A DNA stretch of 64,000 nucleotides, from positions 9,888,001 to 9,952,000 of the forward strand of contig CP086569.2 in assembly GCA_009914755.4 (NCBI GenBank). Direction: 5' to 3'. How positions within the stretch are numbered: the first letter of the stretch is position 1; each line of letters begins with the position of its first letter. The stretch is from the human T2T-CHM13v2.0 reference genome, Homo sapiens. Below the pieces are notes generated by a model that ran no database searches, was not told where the DNA came from, and saw only the letters and a list, made by a program, of their open reading frames with translations. Below are positions 32,264 to 46,351 of the stretch, one piece after another. Made by a program: the position numbers and the translations under genes.

Positions 32264-32444
32264 CTGTGTGCATAAGTTTAAGCTAAACAAATTTTAAATT
32301 TTCAACTTCTAGTATCCAAAACATAACTAACTTACAACTTAAACAAAATTAAAAGGCCAAACATCTAAATAGATATTTCTCCATATAAAATAGACACCTG
32401 AAAAGCACATGGAACAGATACTCATAATCAGTCATACAGAAAAC

Positions 32445-33095
32445 GCATTTCAAATCCCAAATGAGATACCATACTTCACACACACACTGGAATGGCAATA
32501 AATTTTAAAAAGCAGGAAATAACAAGTGTTTGATAGGATGTAAATAAATTGGAACCCTGATACAATGCTAGTTGGAATGGAAAATGATGCAGCTACTATG
32601 GAGAAATGTGGTGGTTCCTCAAGAAAACAAACATAATTATCACAGGACCAAGCAATTCCACTCACATACACCCAGAATTGAATAAGCATACTCAAACAAA
32701 TATTAGTGCGTAGAAATACTGCCATGGAAACAACCCAAATAAAATAATGGGTTAACAGCTTGTGGAAGGAGTAAAGTGCTGTGATGTAAATGAATCTTCA
32801 GGACATCACAGATGTGAAAAGTGTGTAGTGTTTGAGCCCATTAACATTAAATGCTCCCAACCAGGGGTTCAGAGTTAGAACACAGATTGGTGTTTGCTAG
32901 CAGCTGAGGAAAGGGAAAAAATGGAAGGGACTGCTTAACTGGTAGTTGGAGGTTTATTTTGGAGTGATGAAAATGTTTTGGAACTCGATGGAGGTAGTTG
33001 GTGTGTGACACAGAATGTATTAAATGCCACTTAACTGTTTACCTTATAATGTTTAATTTTGTTATGTGAATTTCATCACCACAAAAACAATCAAC
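32445..33095 (+). mobile_element. ancient L1M 3' end fragment within an RBMY-like intron
   Basis: gagataccatacttcacacacacactggaatggcaataaattttaaaaagcaggaaataacaagtgtttgataggatgtaaataaattggaaccc...ggaggtttattttggagtgatgaaaatgttttggaactcgatggaggtagttggtgtgtgacacagaatgtattaaatgccacttaactgtttacc is the typical old L1 3' end. Confidence 0.55.
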
Positions 33096-33120
33096 TGTTT
33101 TTTAAAAATTTTTCCTTTAC

Positions 33121-33234
33121 CCATCCTTAGTTGCATAACCGTCATCTCTTGGTGACATATGGTTATTTGCCAGGAAGAGATTGGCTTTCTGCATGGAGGA
33201 CCTCCATAATTCTCTCTTCCATATGATATGGGAC
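33121..33234 (-). pseudogene. RBMY-like exon with internal 1-bp frameshift (~33163-33172)
   Basis: aaag|gtcccatatcatatggaagagagaattatggaggtcctccatgcagaaagccaatctcttcctggcaaataaccatatgtcaccaagagatgacggttatgcaactaaggatgg|gtaaagg. The frame GPISYGRENYGGPPCRKPISSW switches to NNHMSPRDDGYATKDG, which matches RBMY ..RNDRMSTRHDGYATNDG. Confidence 0.7.
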
Positions 33235-34327
33235 CTTTAATATTAAAAATGATGGAACATTATGAAAAGAACACTATTTTCTGAAACACTATTTTCTCTT
33301 CTCTCAAGCAACTTTTTAAAATTATTTCTTCTATGTCTCCATTCCTCATTCCTTAAATCGCTAGACAGTCATGATACTGTGAATATTTCTTATGGCTTTG
33401 GATAATCTCATGGCTCCTGCAAGGCCAATTCTTCTAAGGAAGCTGAAGCCAAACATTAATTCATAGGTAAAAGTTCATTTGTAATGGTTAATAACTACTT
33501 AGTTATTATTTTCCTTTTTCCTTAGTTATTATTTTCCTTTTCATATGAATTACTGATTACTACTAATGGCACATGGACAAATGTAAAACCATCAAACTCT
33601 TCACTGATTTTAAAGTTTATGTACATTGTCCTTTCTCAGCTGAAGAAGGTAAATTTTCCCTTGTTTACTTCATCTCACACACAAACACTGCCACCTTTGA
33701 ACAACTCCATGCTAAATTTTTACATAAAAGTTCTCCTTTATCTCTAAGTGGTTGGCTTTATTTTAAATGTTGACAAATTAAAATGTACTAGAGAAGATAT
33801 TCTAATGATGGCCAAGATTTATTTTATTGCAATAAGCAATTCTATTAAAGGGGAGATTACAACATTGTTGCTATTTCAAAATAGAAAAGGTTCTCCTGTA
33901 ATATACTCTTCATGTGCTATTTCTTAGAGGTCAGTCTTTCACCTATGATATGTTCACTGGCTAATTTTCCAATGGAAATATGTTGGCTTATGTATCTTGA
34001 AGTTGATAAATACCTAACTTCACCAATACTCTACATATGAAATGTAAAGTTGAAAATGGCAGTTTTCAATTTCCTCCATATTGGGATGGAGGACTAAATA
34101 AGAATTTTAATTAGTTCTGCTTAAGCTTCTTTACTAGGAAATTTAATTTATTGTCTTGCTTTCTTCTGTACAGTCTGCAATCTTACAATTTTCCTTCTCA
34201 AAATATTACTTCTATTCAGTCCTACCGCTCACATCATATTGCTTAGTTCTAAATTCTCTCCTCAAACAATTTCACTTCTTGCACTAAGGATCTTGTGTTA
34301 ATGTTTAAACATCCAGGTACAATCTCC

Positions 34328-34853
34328 TTTTTTTCTTTATTATTATTATTATTATTATTATTATACTTTAAGTTTTAGGGTACATGTGCACAATATGCAG
34401 GTTAGTTACATATGTATACATGTGCCATGCTGGTGTGCTGCACCCATTAACTCGTCATTTAGCATTAGGTATATCTCCTAATGCTAACCCACCCACCTCC
34501 CTCCCCCCACCCCACAACAGTCCCCAGAGTGTGATGTTCCCCTTCCTGTGTCCATGTGTTCTCCTTGTTCAATTCCCATCTATGAGTGAGAACATGTGGT
34601 GTTTGGTTTTTAGTCCTTGTGATAGTTTACTGAGAATGATGATTTCCAATTTCATCCATGTCCCTACAAAGGACATGAACTCATCATTTTTTATGGCTGC
34701 ATAGTATTCCATGGTGTATATGTGCCACATTTTTTTAATCCAGTCTATCATTTTTTGACATTTGGGTTGATTTCAAGTCTTTGCTATTGTGAATAGTGCC
34801 ACAATAAACATACGTGTGCATGTGTCTTTATAACAGCATGATTTATAGTCCTT
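34328..34853 (-). mobile_element. L1 3' end fragment (antisense, older L1PA) with 12-bp target-site duplication CAGGTACAATCT
   Basis: A (TTA)n/T-rich tail, then ctttaagttttagggtacatgtgcacaatatgcaggttagttacatatgtatacatgtgccatgctggtgtgctgcacccattaactcgtcatttagc. Duplications are at 34314-34325 and 34855-34866. Confidence 0.85.
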
Positions 34854-35095
34854 CAGGTACAATCTTAATTATTGATTTCACTTCCCCTTATATTTCACAA
34901 CTCTGCACTACTGTGATATCCAGTTAATTTACGAATATTGGACTCCTTCATGTCTACCTTTCAAGCCTTAAATTTATATTTAAAAAATATTTAAACCCAG
35001 GGATGCCTTTTCTGCCCAATGCTCTTGTATTTCTTTTGAGTCTTTATATAAGCTGTAAGAATGCCTTGTACATAAGCATTATTGAATTCTCAGAA

Positions 35096-35395
35096 GCTGG
35101 ATGGCCATGCTCAGCGGCTCACACTATGAGCTAGTGTGGAAGGTTGAGGCAGATGGACTGCTTGATCCCTGGGCTTTAAGGTCAGTTTTGACAATATAGT
35201 GAGATCCTCTCTCTACAAAAATACAGGAAAAAAATTTTTGCTAGGTGTGGTGGTGCATGCTGGTGGTTGCAGAAACTCTGAAGGCTGAAACGGGAAAATT
35301 AGTTGAGTCCAGGAATTTGAGGCTGTAGTAAGCCATCATCTCACCTATGCACTCTGACCTCGTAAGAGCAAGACTCCAATCCAACAAACAAATGT
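35096..35395 (+). mobile_element. Alu (sense, old AluJ-like)
   Basis: ggccatgctcagcggctcacactatgagctagtgtggaaggttgaggcagatggactgcttgatccctgggctttaaggtcag..gctaggtgtggtggtgcatgctggtggttgcag. Confidence 0.6.
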
Positions 35396-35789
35396 AACAA
35401 GCAATTTTTAGATTGGGACACCAGGGGACCATTACCAGGGGACCTAGAAAATGGAAGAATTCATTAGATGAAGAAACCTACCATCAAAGAATACTTCTAG
35501 GAGCTTTTAGAAAAATTAAGATGAATCTGCTAGCAACACAGGATGAAAAGGAATGTCAGCCTCAATCCAATCACTTCGTCGATCTGCAATGAGAGGCTCA
35601 AGTATATTTTCACCATAAATCTGAAATGTACTTAGTGAGATAGAAACTATAATAAAAGTTATCGATCTGTAATTATGCCCATGTATGTGTCACTTCTCTT
35701 GTTTGATGAACTTAAAATTAAGCAGACAGGTAAAATAACTCATTTTTATTCATACAAAAAATACAGTCTTTTTATCAGGTAGCATTTAC

Positions 35790-35936
35790 CTTGGCCTCCC
35801 ATCCGACTATTGCTTCTTGTCACAGGAGCAGATTTTGTAGGAGGAGGACCTCCATTTCTTGAAGATGGACTTCTTTTAATTGGAATGGGTCCCCTAGAAG
35901 AACTCATGTTGAAATCAAGAGTGTATCCACCATCAT
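35790..35936 (-). pseudogene. RBMY-like exon; canonical AG acceptor absent (acac|atgatgg)
   Basis: (g)atgatggtggatacactcttgatttcaacatgagttcttctaggggacccattcc...cggatgggaggccaag|gtaaatg translates [49 protein letters not shown]. Confidence 0.7.
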
Positions 35937-36821
35937 GTGTATTTCAAACAAAATCTTTTTAGTTGACTAACATCACTGTTTCTTAAATGGCTAAGTTTTG
36001 GTTGTTTATAAAGGTTTTCTACATATTAAAATCTTACAAATTCATATTTATCTAAACTAATAAAATTAACATTTCTATATGAAATTAGTGCAATTCATGC
36101 AATAAAAGTCCATTTAGAAAATCTAGAAAGAAACTCAAGAATCATAATATGTTGGTGAGAGACAGAGATGTGGGAAAAGTGGGAAGTGAACACAGAGCAG
36201 AAATCTATCAGTAAAATATCTAAGTATAATATACATAAAAATACTAAAAGAAAAATGAAAAATGACTGTTTATATCATTCTGTTATGAGGAAAAATTTTC
36301 AAAGCATATCATAAACTAAATTCCATTCAAAGAAATTTAAATATTTACAATATCAAAACGTGACACATCAGGAAAATACATTATCACTAAAAATTGTTAA
36401 TATAATATAGAATTCTTACGATTCTCTTACAAAACACTAATCTTCAGATTAGACTATGCTAAATTTTAATAATCTTTAAGAATTGCACATTGAATAATAT
36501 ATAAATATTTTTATATATCTACCAAAAATGTAGATATATTCCAATTTCCAGGTGGTGTTTCAGGTTAGACTATGCACATTCTCCTTCATGGCAGAGTATT
36601 ATTTAACCTCACCCTCAAGACGAATAGAGACAAAGTAACCATGAAGCTATACATCTTAAAATGGAGCAAACACTGTAATTTCAACTTTTTAAAAAATCTC
36701 CAATTAATTATACATCTGGTTATTAAAACTCAAACTTAAATGTTAGATTTTTGAAGCTTGGTTAATACATAATACAAGTTAACCAATAGGCTTGTTTGTT
36801 TGTTTATTTATATATTTATTT

Positions 36822-37104
36822 ATTGAGAAGGACTCTTGCCCTGTCCCCCAGGCTGGAGTGCAATGGTGTGATCTCAGCTCACTGTAGTTTCTGCCTCCCA
36901 GGTTCCGGCAATTTTCCTGCCTCAGCCCCCTGAGTAGCTGAGATTACAGGTGTACACCACCGCACCAGGATAATTTTTTGTATCTTTGGGAGAGACAGGG
37001 TTTCACCATGTTAGCCAGGCTGGTCTGGAACTCCTGACCTCTTGGTCCACCCGCCCCATATTCCCCAAGTGCTGAGATGACTGGCGTGAGCCACCTTGCC
37101 CACC
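36822..37104 (-). mobile_element. Alu (antisense)
   Basis: gagaaggactcttgccctgtcccccaggctggagtgcaatggtgtgatctcagctcactg...gggtttcaccatgttagccaggctggtctggaactcctgacc. Confidence 0.8.
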
Positions 37105-37852
37105 CCATCTAATAGTTTTTTTTTCTTTTTTTAAATACGTGGTTTGTTTTTCTTTTTTATGTAAAAATTGACCCCTGATTTCTATTGTGTAAATCACAAA
37201 TAAATATCATTTTCAGTGATTAACCCTCCAGCAAAGAAAGAAACATACATATCTGTGAAGCAGTGGTGTTTAGACCTTTCCAGAGTAGCAGACTCTTTTC
37301 AGAAATTAAATTTCTGCATTTCTTAAATTGAAAATGCTTTATGGCAGGCCAATGTACAAACTCCCTGTATCGAAATTACAAAGCAATAGATTTGCTTAGA
37401 TATTTGCACATGTATACATAAATAAAACAAATACTGCAAAATCAATCTTAAATACTGAGTTACTTTTTTCCTGTTGGAAAGTTTTAAATATTCCATCATA
37501 TTTTGATAATACAACTGATATGAAGTTCTGGGCCTCAAATTAGAAAACTCTAAAGTATAATGAATATAAATGAATTCTGCAGAAAACCTGTTGAGTACAG
37601 GCAATCAGCATTCATAAACTCAGTTCAGTTTAAAATTTGTGTTATTTTAATGCAAAGTTATTACAATGTTAAAACAAATTTTAGATATTAGTTTAATCGT
37701 TCTTATAATACACTTTAGTACTTAGAAATAATTTTGCTTATCATGTTAATTTTCTGTTCATAAAGGAAATAAAAAAAATTGAGAAATTCCAGTATCTTCA
37801 AACTTATTTTCTTTCAGTCCTATGGTTCCATCTTTATATTTTAAAACATTAC

Positions 37853-38027
37853 CCACGTGTCCTTCATGTGAGGGAAGCCACCCTCTTGTTCCTCCACTAC
37901 TTCCTCTTGCAGATCTCACACTTCCTGAAGGGCTTCTGTTTCTTGAAGGTGGTGGTCTCCACCTACCACCACTTTGAAAAGATAGTTTTTGGCTTTGTTC
38001 TACTTTTATTGCCTTTCCATCAAAAGA
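37853..38027 (-). pseudogene. RBMY-like exon (RRM C-terminal / RGG region)
   Basis: ttttag|tcttttgatggaaaggcaataaaagtagaacaaagcc...cacatgaaggacacgtgg|gtaatg translates [58 protein letters not shown]. Confidence 0.75.
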
Positions 38028-39083
38028 CTAAAAGTATTAAGGGTACTATCAATAACATTGGCACGTTTAACCTAAGCACATTTTACTAACAGTTTTACAT
38101 CAACTATAATTCAATTCTATATATTTTCACCCAAAACAACCTTTTTTTCTCCTAAAATGAACACATCTTTCTCAATGCCAAATTTGAGATATTTACTGAG
38201 CACATGCCTTCCATTATGGAACCAAACACAAATGTTATTATTCAAATTCCTTGAAAACTCCTCCATTATTAAAACAAAAACACCTCAAACAAAAAAAGAT
38301 TAACCTATCACACATTCTATGAAATAATGTGGCACATTTATAATCCACTTCATCTTTGTATTCACAACACTGATTTAAAACTTTCAGTGTCGCAGTGAAA
38401 CTTGTGTCATTTAAAAAAGTGAGGTTACCTATTCAAAGTGATTAGTCACATTATTCATTATGAGTTGTTTCTTGTTTGATCTGCTAATACTTACATAAAA
38501 TACCCCCATATGATTTACAATTATATATTTACTCTAGAAATGTTTCTATAAATATGATCCTTGTTTGGTCTTATTAAGGTTTCTTGCCTTACTCATTTCT
38601 TATTTTGTCTTAGACTTGTCCATAAAAAATGACTCTTAATACAGTACTCCATGTAATTTCTCAGAAATCCTTAAATGTTCTAATTAATTTCACAATAACA
38701 TTTTTCAGTGTACTCTTTTCTGTAGGCCACTCTAATTTTTGAAAACAGCTCAGCTAAGAACTTGATTTAAAAACTGCATGGCTTTTGTTATTTGGGGGAA
38801 GATATTAAATACCTTATAGGACCTTTTGCAGCCACATCGCCAGTTGCTCCTACCATGGAACTTTTTTTGTTATTTCTGGGCCCAAAATATTTTCCCTAGA
38901 TTTCTGCATGGCTGCTTCCTTCCCAGTGTTCCAAAGTCATCCAAAATTCCTTAAACTGTTAATTCCCCCTGAAAACTCTAAGAACCTCCTTTACTGGCCA
39001 TCTTAACATTTATGTGCATGTAACATTCAAATTAATTTTTACACAGTAAAATATGTGAGGGGAAGTAATTTAGAAATAACATT

Positions 39084-39400
<317 letters not shown>

Positions 39401-39555
39401 ATTACCTGCTCTTGTGCTCAAAAAATAGGAGGAAAAAAGAAATTATCATAGATTACTGTGCCTAAGTCAAAATTATCTCCATACCTACCACAAAGCTATG
39501 AACCAAAAGCCACTCTCAGTTTTTACCACAGCTTAAAATACTAATTTATGAGTGA

Positions 39556-39861
<306 letters not shown>

Positions 39862-40193
39862 TTATAAGAGTGAATAAAAATGTACTTTCTTCTATGTGCC
39901 AGGAAGTGTGCTAGATGTAATAGAAATAAAAACAACTAGAAAGACTTAAATATGCACTATAGACAATTTAACAATCAATAGTTTAATACATGATACAGTG
40001 AGTATAAAATACCTACGATATGCAATGAGGAAGAAAATATGAAATTTAAGGGGTTTCTTTGAAGCATAAATTGTTATTTTTAGACATACACGGGGAAGGA
40101 TAATTCTCAAGGAGTCCAAAAAAGCATTTGGGGGATAGCATAGAGAGTAACAGGAGCTAAAAACACATTGGGATAATGTTATTTATGATTACT

Positions 40194-40487
40194 TTTTGTT
40201 TCTTTGAGACAGAGTCTCGCTATGTTGCCAGCCTGGAGTGCAGTGACTTGATCTCGGCTCACTGCAAGCTCTGCCTCTTGAGTTCAACTGATTCCCCTGC
40301 CTTGCCTCCTGAGTAGCTGGAACTACAAGTGCACACCAGCCTGACCAACTAATTTTATTGTATTTCAGTAGAGATGGGATTTCACCATGTTGGCCAGGAT
40401 GGTTTCCATCTCCTGACCTCATGATCCGTCTACCTGGACCTCCCAAAGTGCTGGAATAATAGACTTGCGCCACCACGCCCTGCCTGA
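40194..40487 (-). mobile_element. Alu (antisense)
   Basis: tttttgtttctttgagacagagtctcgctatgttgccagcctggagtgcagtgacttgatctcggctcactgcaagc...ggaataatagacttgcgccaccacgccctgcc. Confidence 0.8.
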
Positions 40488-41308
40488 CTGGGATAATGTT
40501 ATAAATAAAAAAAACCTCTAAAGGGCCCAGAATGGAAGGATGTTGACTACCATGTAAAAGAATTCAATAGCTAATAGAATTATATGAAAGTTTAAAGCTT
40601 TAGTAAACACACAATCCCTAGATTTAAGACTCAGTAGGACAAGAGACCATTGGTTGGATCAAAACAAGTCCTCAAACACACTGGGAAAAATGAGTTATTA
40701 GGTATTCCTGTTACATAAATCACTCTGGTGACAGGAAAAAAAAGTCCTTAGGAGAAGAGAGCAAGGATGAGGCAAAAATGCCAGTTACTTCTTCTGTTAT
40801 CCAACTTCAATGTTCTCATATTATTTTCTATTTTCAAGTACTTGACACTTCCATAAATATAAAGGTCTTATTTAAATATACTTTCTCAAAAATATATTTT
40901 CAGAAAGTGGGAGAGAATCTTTCCTTTTTGTGAGTCTGTCTAGATGTCTATCCACAGTTTGTCTATGCTCTAGGAGTATTTCCATGAATTGGATGTAATT
41001 CCATTAATAGCATTTAATAAATATTGACTTATTCCTTTCATTCACATGAGGATTCCTTCTAAGTTTTAAAGATCTTCAAAAGCTTCAAAAATCTATCTAT
41101 AGAAATAAAAACATAGAAAAAGGTTATCATATATTAATTTATATAATGTTTATTCCAATACCCTTCAAACTACACTTGCATGTATATGGCAAAAAGAAGA
41201 ACATGGCTAAAGCATTTTGGTTCAGATGGCATTTATAACCTTCAAAAGTTTAGTAATAATAAAAATACATGGAAATTCTGTTAATTGAAGAACAGCATTA
41301 GAATATTA

Positions 41309-41430
<122 letters not shown>

Positions 41431-41828
41431 TTAAAACATATGAAAACATTTTACATTTATATAATGGAATCACCAAGGTACTATCTGAAAATTACATCAA
41501 ACCAAAAAATAACTGCATTTCACATCACTGCTATGATTCTTAATACTAAGTCACCCCTATAGTCAGCCTATTTTATTCCAGTTTGTTCCTGAACTCCACA
41601 ACACATTTACTTTTCCTCATTTTCCTTTCTAAGTAGTAGGTGATCCTTACCACAAACCCTTCATCTGGTGCTATGAGATTTTCCAAATATCAAACAGAAA
41701 CTTCAAAGTAAGAATTTAAAAATGATAAAGCATTTTAGTGTATGCATACAATGAACTTTGAAAAAAATATATTTTTCAAAACATATAACATATTTTAAAT
41801 ATACATATTGAAGTATACCTATGAAAAT

Positions 41829-41854
41829 ACACACACACACACACACACACACAG
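41829..41854. repeat. (AC)n microsatellite in RBMY-like intron
   Basis: acacacacacacacacacacacacag. Confidence 0.9.
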
Positions 41855-41859
41855 TTTTA

Positions 41860-41997
<138 letters not shown>

Positions 41998-42334
41998 TTA
42001 TCTATAATTAGATAAAAATAAATAAGCTAAAAAGATAAAATTTTGTTACATACTGTGTTGAAAACTCAAGTAAAATTCCCTTCCAGAGGCTGACATCTTT
42101 TTAGTATTTCTTACTTTAAATATGTAAAATTTGTAACATCTAGAGCAAATGGGGCAATGACTTCATGGACAAATGATGCATTTTAATATGTACCTCACAA
42201 AATCTCATTTCTAAACATTAGATAAGCAAAGCTATTGTAATTTTCCTAAGTTGCAATATGAAAGATGCCCCCATTTAAATAATTTTTTTGAAAACTATAT
42301 ATCTATGAGGTACAGTGTGATATTTTGTGTATTT

Positions 42335-42473
42335 TTTTTTCTTGAGATGTATATCTCTTGTGGCCAGAGTGCACTATTTACTGCAGCCTCCTCCACCCCA
42401 CCTCAACTATCCTCCCACATCTCAGCTTCCCAAATAGCTGGAACTACAGGGGCTTTCTACCAGAGATGGGCAA

Positions 42474-42514
<41 letters not shown>

Positions 42515-42635
42515 AATAGACACTGGTTACCCCATATTGCCCAAACCCTCCAAATCCTGGGCTCAAGTGATCTGCTGTCTTGGGACTACCAAAGTTATGG
42601 GATTTCAAGGGTGAACCACCACACCCAGAATGATA
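42335..42635 (-). mobile_element. degenerate Alu (antisense) with embedded (GT)n at 42477-42512
   Basis: tttttttcttgagatgtatatctcttgtggccagagtgcactatttactgcagcctcctccacc...agctggaactacagg...(gt)18...cccaaaccctccaaatcctgggctcaagtgatctgctgtcttgggactaccaaagttatgggatttcaagggtgaaccaccacacccag. Confidence 0.6.
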
Positions 42636-42739
42636 TTTGGATAAAAGATTAAATCAAGCTAATTAAAATGTTCTTAGGGGGGAACACTTTAAATAGTTTA
42701 CCATCTTTTAGTAATTTGAAATATACAATAGGTTAAGGA

Positions 42740-43075
42740 TTCCCAAATCTTGGTCTTCAACCTGTACCTGTCTGTGGCCTGAATGTAATGCCTGAGGATG
42801 ACCTGTAATACCTGTCTGTGGAGAATGTAAAGCTTGAGGATGACCTGAAGTAGTATAGTTTTATCCAGAAACCATCCTCCCTATTCCCCTGCTGCCCCAC
42901 CCTGTCCCTGTGACAGCCCCGCTGCCCCACCCGCCCTCTGTCACACTGCTCCCACTGGAAGCCCAGCCCCACCACGTGCCCCTCCGGGCCCTGCTGCCAG
43001 CCCCCACTGCCAAAGGTGTCCACCTTGCCACCTTCTTCCCCTGTGTAACCCTTGTCTGAGGAAAAACTGTCTCCC
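42740..43075. repeat. GC-rich minisatellite-like block (~42-bp tandem units; reiterated cccctgctgccccaccc motif)
   Basis: acctgtacctgtctgtggcctgaatgtaatgcctgaggatgacctg / taatacctgtctgtggagaatgtaaagcttgaggatgacctg, then cccctgctgccccaccctgtccctgtgacagccccgctgccccacccgccctctg... Confidence 0.4.
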
Positions 43076-43124
43076 ACTAAACTGATCCCCATTGCAAAAA
43101 TGGCAATATATTAAAGGAGCCCTT

Positions 43125-43195
43125 TATGTTACCCAGGCTGGTCTCCAACTCCTGACCTCAAACCATCCTCACACCTCCTCTTCCCAAAATGGCAG
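43125..43195 (-). mobile_element. short Alu fragment (antisense)
   Basis: tgttacccaggctggtctccaactcctgacctcaaaccatcctcacacctcctcttcccaaaatggcagg. Confidence 0.5.
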
Positions 43196-43749
43196 GTTTA
43201 CAAGAGTAAGTCAGTGTGCCAGGTTAATAGAATAACTTAAGCGCATTTATTTTGTTCCCGTTTTAGGCTATCTAACTCCATTTATCTTGATTACATCCAC
43301 TTACTTAGTTTAAATTATTTACGCTGCCAGAGATACCTGAAACATGTTTCAAATACTGTCATGCAAGGAAGAAGACAATTACAGTTTTTACAGAGGCAAA
43401 TTTAAACTGAGATTATTTATGGCCCCACATTTCTACATACATGAAAGTCACACAATTTATGTCAAAATTTGATAATTCCTTCCAAGCAAATCAGACATGT
43501 GACATGTGCTGACGAAAAGTATAAGTTTTTAATTGCAGTGGTTAAGTATATTGCCTGTATTTTGAATGATGAGCACATTTCACAGTGAAAAACTACTTTA
43601 ATATAAAGTGCACATGAAAACAATGTCACCTTAGCACCATCTCCCGCAACTTGCCCACCTGTCGGACATATCCAACAGTTAAAGGTAGAATCCTCAAGAA
43701 GAATCAGTGAGTTTAACAAAAATGAGTTAATAGTACTAAGGAGTTCTTT

Positions 43750-44468
43750 CCCTATTGTCTCCTCCCACAATTCAACACCCGCACATGGAAAACCCATCCC
43801 CTTTTACAGACAAAATCCCAAAAGTTTGCTTTCTATTCTTGCCGAGAGACCAACCTGTCCAGAGAAACAGAAAGTGGAGGTGCTTTTCAGTAGGACAAAC
43901 AGCCTCAGGATCCGGGCCTCTGGTCCTATGCATCCTGTTTTGGGACACTACAGGGCCAACTGCAGGAAGGACACCTGGAGCTGGCCTGAGCTGGAAGGAC
44001 GGGAGAAACCATTCCCGGAAATCCTGCCTACCTCCAGTGGCCAATCATTGCAAGGGCGGTGGGCATCGGCCAATTATTGCGAGGGCTGTAGGTGTCTCCC
44101 GAGGTGCCCCGCCCCTTCCTGTCCCACAGCTCCAGCCTCCCCTGGTAAGCATCCCCTGAGAAGCTGCTTGTGCCGCGCGGCGGTGGATTCATTCACACGC
44201 GGACTGTGAGCCGTTTGGAATTGTGGGCATGGAAGGCCTACACCCTAACTGGCATGCTGAGTGTGGCAAAACATTGATCCACAGGGAACACATGAAACAC
44301 CTCACTTCATTAGGCAGGCTAGGCTGATGGTACTGAATATTGCAGATCCAGAGGAGAGAGAGAGGGACCAGAGCCGCCTGCTAGGGCGAGGGCAGCAGTG
44401 GTGGCTAGGGGGCGGTTGGGCAGGGCTGGTACGTGGGAGGAAAGTCGACTGGTACATTGCTGGGGTGG
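43750..44468 (-). pseudogene. TSPY-like 5' fragment (degenerate exon-1 start plus ~465 bp of upstream region), left arm of an inverted TSPY pair
   Basis: It is collinear, by eye, with 61190-61880 in this window (the better-preserved TSPY exon-1/promoter copy). Examples: ggccaatcattgcaagggcggtgggcatcggccaattattgcgagg vs ggccaatcagtgcgaggcggtgcgcatc, and cattgatccacagggaacacatgaaacacctcacttcattaggcagg vs cattgacccacaaggaacacatgaaacgtctcacttcattacgcaagcc. The exon-1 homology is lost below ~43750. Confidence 0.5.
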
Positions 44469-44794
44469 ATTTCATCTGCACCAGAAGCCAAAACCCCACA
44501 AGGACTCTCAGGTCTAGGCAAATGCAGACTCCGAATTCCACACTTCCTCCCTGAGGATACTCTACTCACAGGGGCATTCCAAAGGACCTCTCATCCTGTG
44601 CCCTGGGCACACGGGAGGCCAGCCGCCATGGTCCCCCATTCGATGACCCATGTGCACTGCTTTGCTGGCGCAGAGTCTCCTGCAAGAGCAGTAGCAGCCG
44701 TAGTGCCTGCTAGCGGGGCTCTGGAAGCCCAGGGCCTCGGCCTCCGACTCCAGGGCTACTGTGCGCAGGTAACCCTGCTGGGTGTCTGGGCCCC

Positions 44795-45269
44795 ATGAAG
44801 AGCGCGGCAGGCTGTGGGCCCTGAGGAGCTCCCCAGGAGCCCTGTATACACCTAGGTGTGAGACGTGGTTCTCAGCAGGGCTAGGCCGGCGGGCTCCTCC
44901 GGGAGCTTCCTCTAGAGTCTAGGGGTGCTAGGGAGGTGAGATGGGGGGTGCAGGCCTTAATCTGTGGGAGCCTCAAGGAGGGCACTGTGTTAAGGCTTTA
45001 GGCTCTGCAGGAGAGGGCGGACTGTGTGAGAGCAGGGAGGCAACCCTGCGGGAGGAGGCATGGCAGTGGGGGATGACACCATGGCAGAGATGGAGGTGGT
45101 GACCAAGGAGGCCAATGTGGAGCGGCAGTTGGAGGACTAGCAGGCATAGCCTGGCCCAGGCCCCAGTACGCCACGGCCCACAACAGACTCTCTGGACGTC
45201 CTTCACTTGGAGCTGGACTCCGTGAATGCCGCAGGCTGCAGGGCATCCCCTACTTCTGGGCCAGAGCCA
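44795..45269 (+). pseudogene. TSPY exon-1-like segment of the plus-strand copy (in-frame stops)
   Basis: gatgacaccatggcagagatggaggtggtgaccaaggaggccaatgtggagcggcagttggaggacTAG, then ...ttggagctggactccgtgaatgccgcaggc... (compare ggctggagctggttaatgcccaagccagg in the 60949-61416 copy). Confidence 0.55.
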
Positions 45270-46269
45270 TATCTTTGCAGCTGCCAATTCAGCGTGGCTG
45301 GCAGCAGCGGGTGGGCATCAAGCTCCCGGGAGAGGGTTTGGGAGAAGCATGGTGGTAGGCACCAGGGGTCAGCAAGATTCAGGGGCTGGGGGACAAGGAT
45401 GGCAACCGAGGACAGGCTCCTGCAGATAGGAGGGCAGCTTGCTTGCGGGTGCCCTGAGGGCACGTGGTAAGAACAGGAAGCCAAGCACAACACACACAAG
45501 GGAGAATAACAGCGCAAAGGACCCTTCATAAACAGCAGAAAGTTGAAGGACAGGTTTCACTGGGAAAGTCCCTGCAGGAAAGGGAGTCTGCATGCCCATG
45601 CCAGCCATGGAACTACTCCTGCTCCCCATGCCTGTGTCCAGCAGACTCACCCCAGAAACACAAGGTGCTCAAGACTTGGGTTCACAGTGCACAGGGCTGC
45701 TGTACCCTGCAAGGCAGGCAACAGCTCCCAAGACAGGATTTCTTCCCTCCCCCGGCACTGCACCCAAAGACGTGTAGGCCCTGAGCATATATAACCTCCC
45801 CTGAACCCACACGAGCCCCATGGGGAGAGCCAGGCATAGCCCTGCAGCCACTTCTACCCACAGAGGTTCCCTCGTGTGTACAAGCCCACCCCTCAGGGAG
45901 ACCAGGAGAAGGGGAGAGCGCACATCCGGACAGCAGCAGAAGCTGTCCAGCACCCAGCACACGAGGGCCTCCTGCAGCTCAGGAACTCTGAGCAAGTAGC
46001 CGCCTGACACCACAATACCCCGCCCACAACCCCCTGACCACTTCTTCTGTGTCTGACCCTGGTCAGAGCACGCTGTCTGGGCGGCCAAGACCACCACAGC
46101 CGCGATGGTGCCCCCCATGCCAGACAGAGACAAAGGACCAGGAAGGGAAGGTGCTAGACCAAAGTCCTGCGAGGTAGCCCTGCCCCACACTCTCCGTGCT
46201 CTTGCAAAGTTGCAGGGTGTCTCCTTGCATGCCCACCCAGTCATCTGGCGGCTCCTTGACCAGAGGCAG

Positions 46270-46351
46270 ATTGTGCGGCACACGCAGATGTTGGCCAGGA
46301 TCACAAATGATAATGAAGTCAGTCTTCCTAAGCTACTTGACGGATTTGTAG
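46270..46351 (+). pseudogene. TSPY exon-2-like segment
   Basis: cag|attgtgcggcacacgcagatgttggccaggatcacaaatgataatgaagtcagtcttcctaagctacttgacggatttgtag|gtcagg. Confidence 0.5.
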
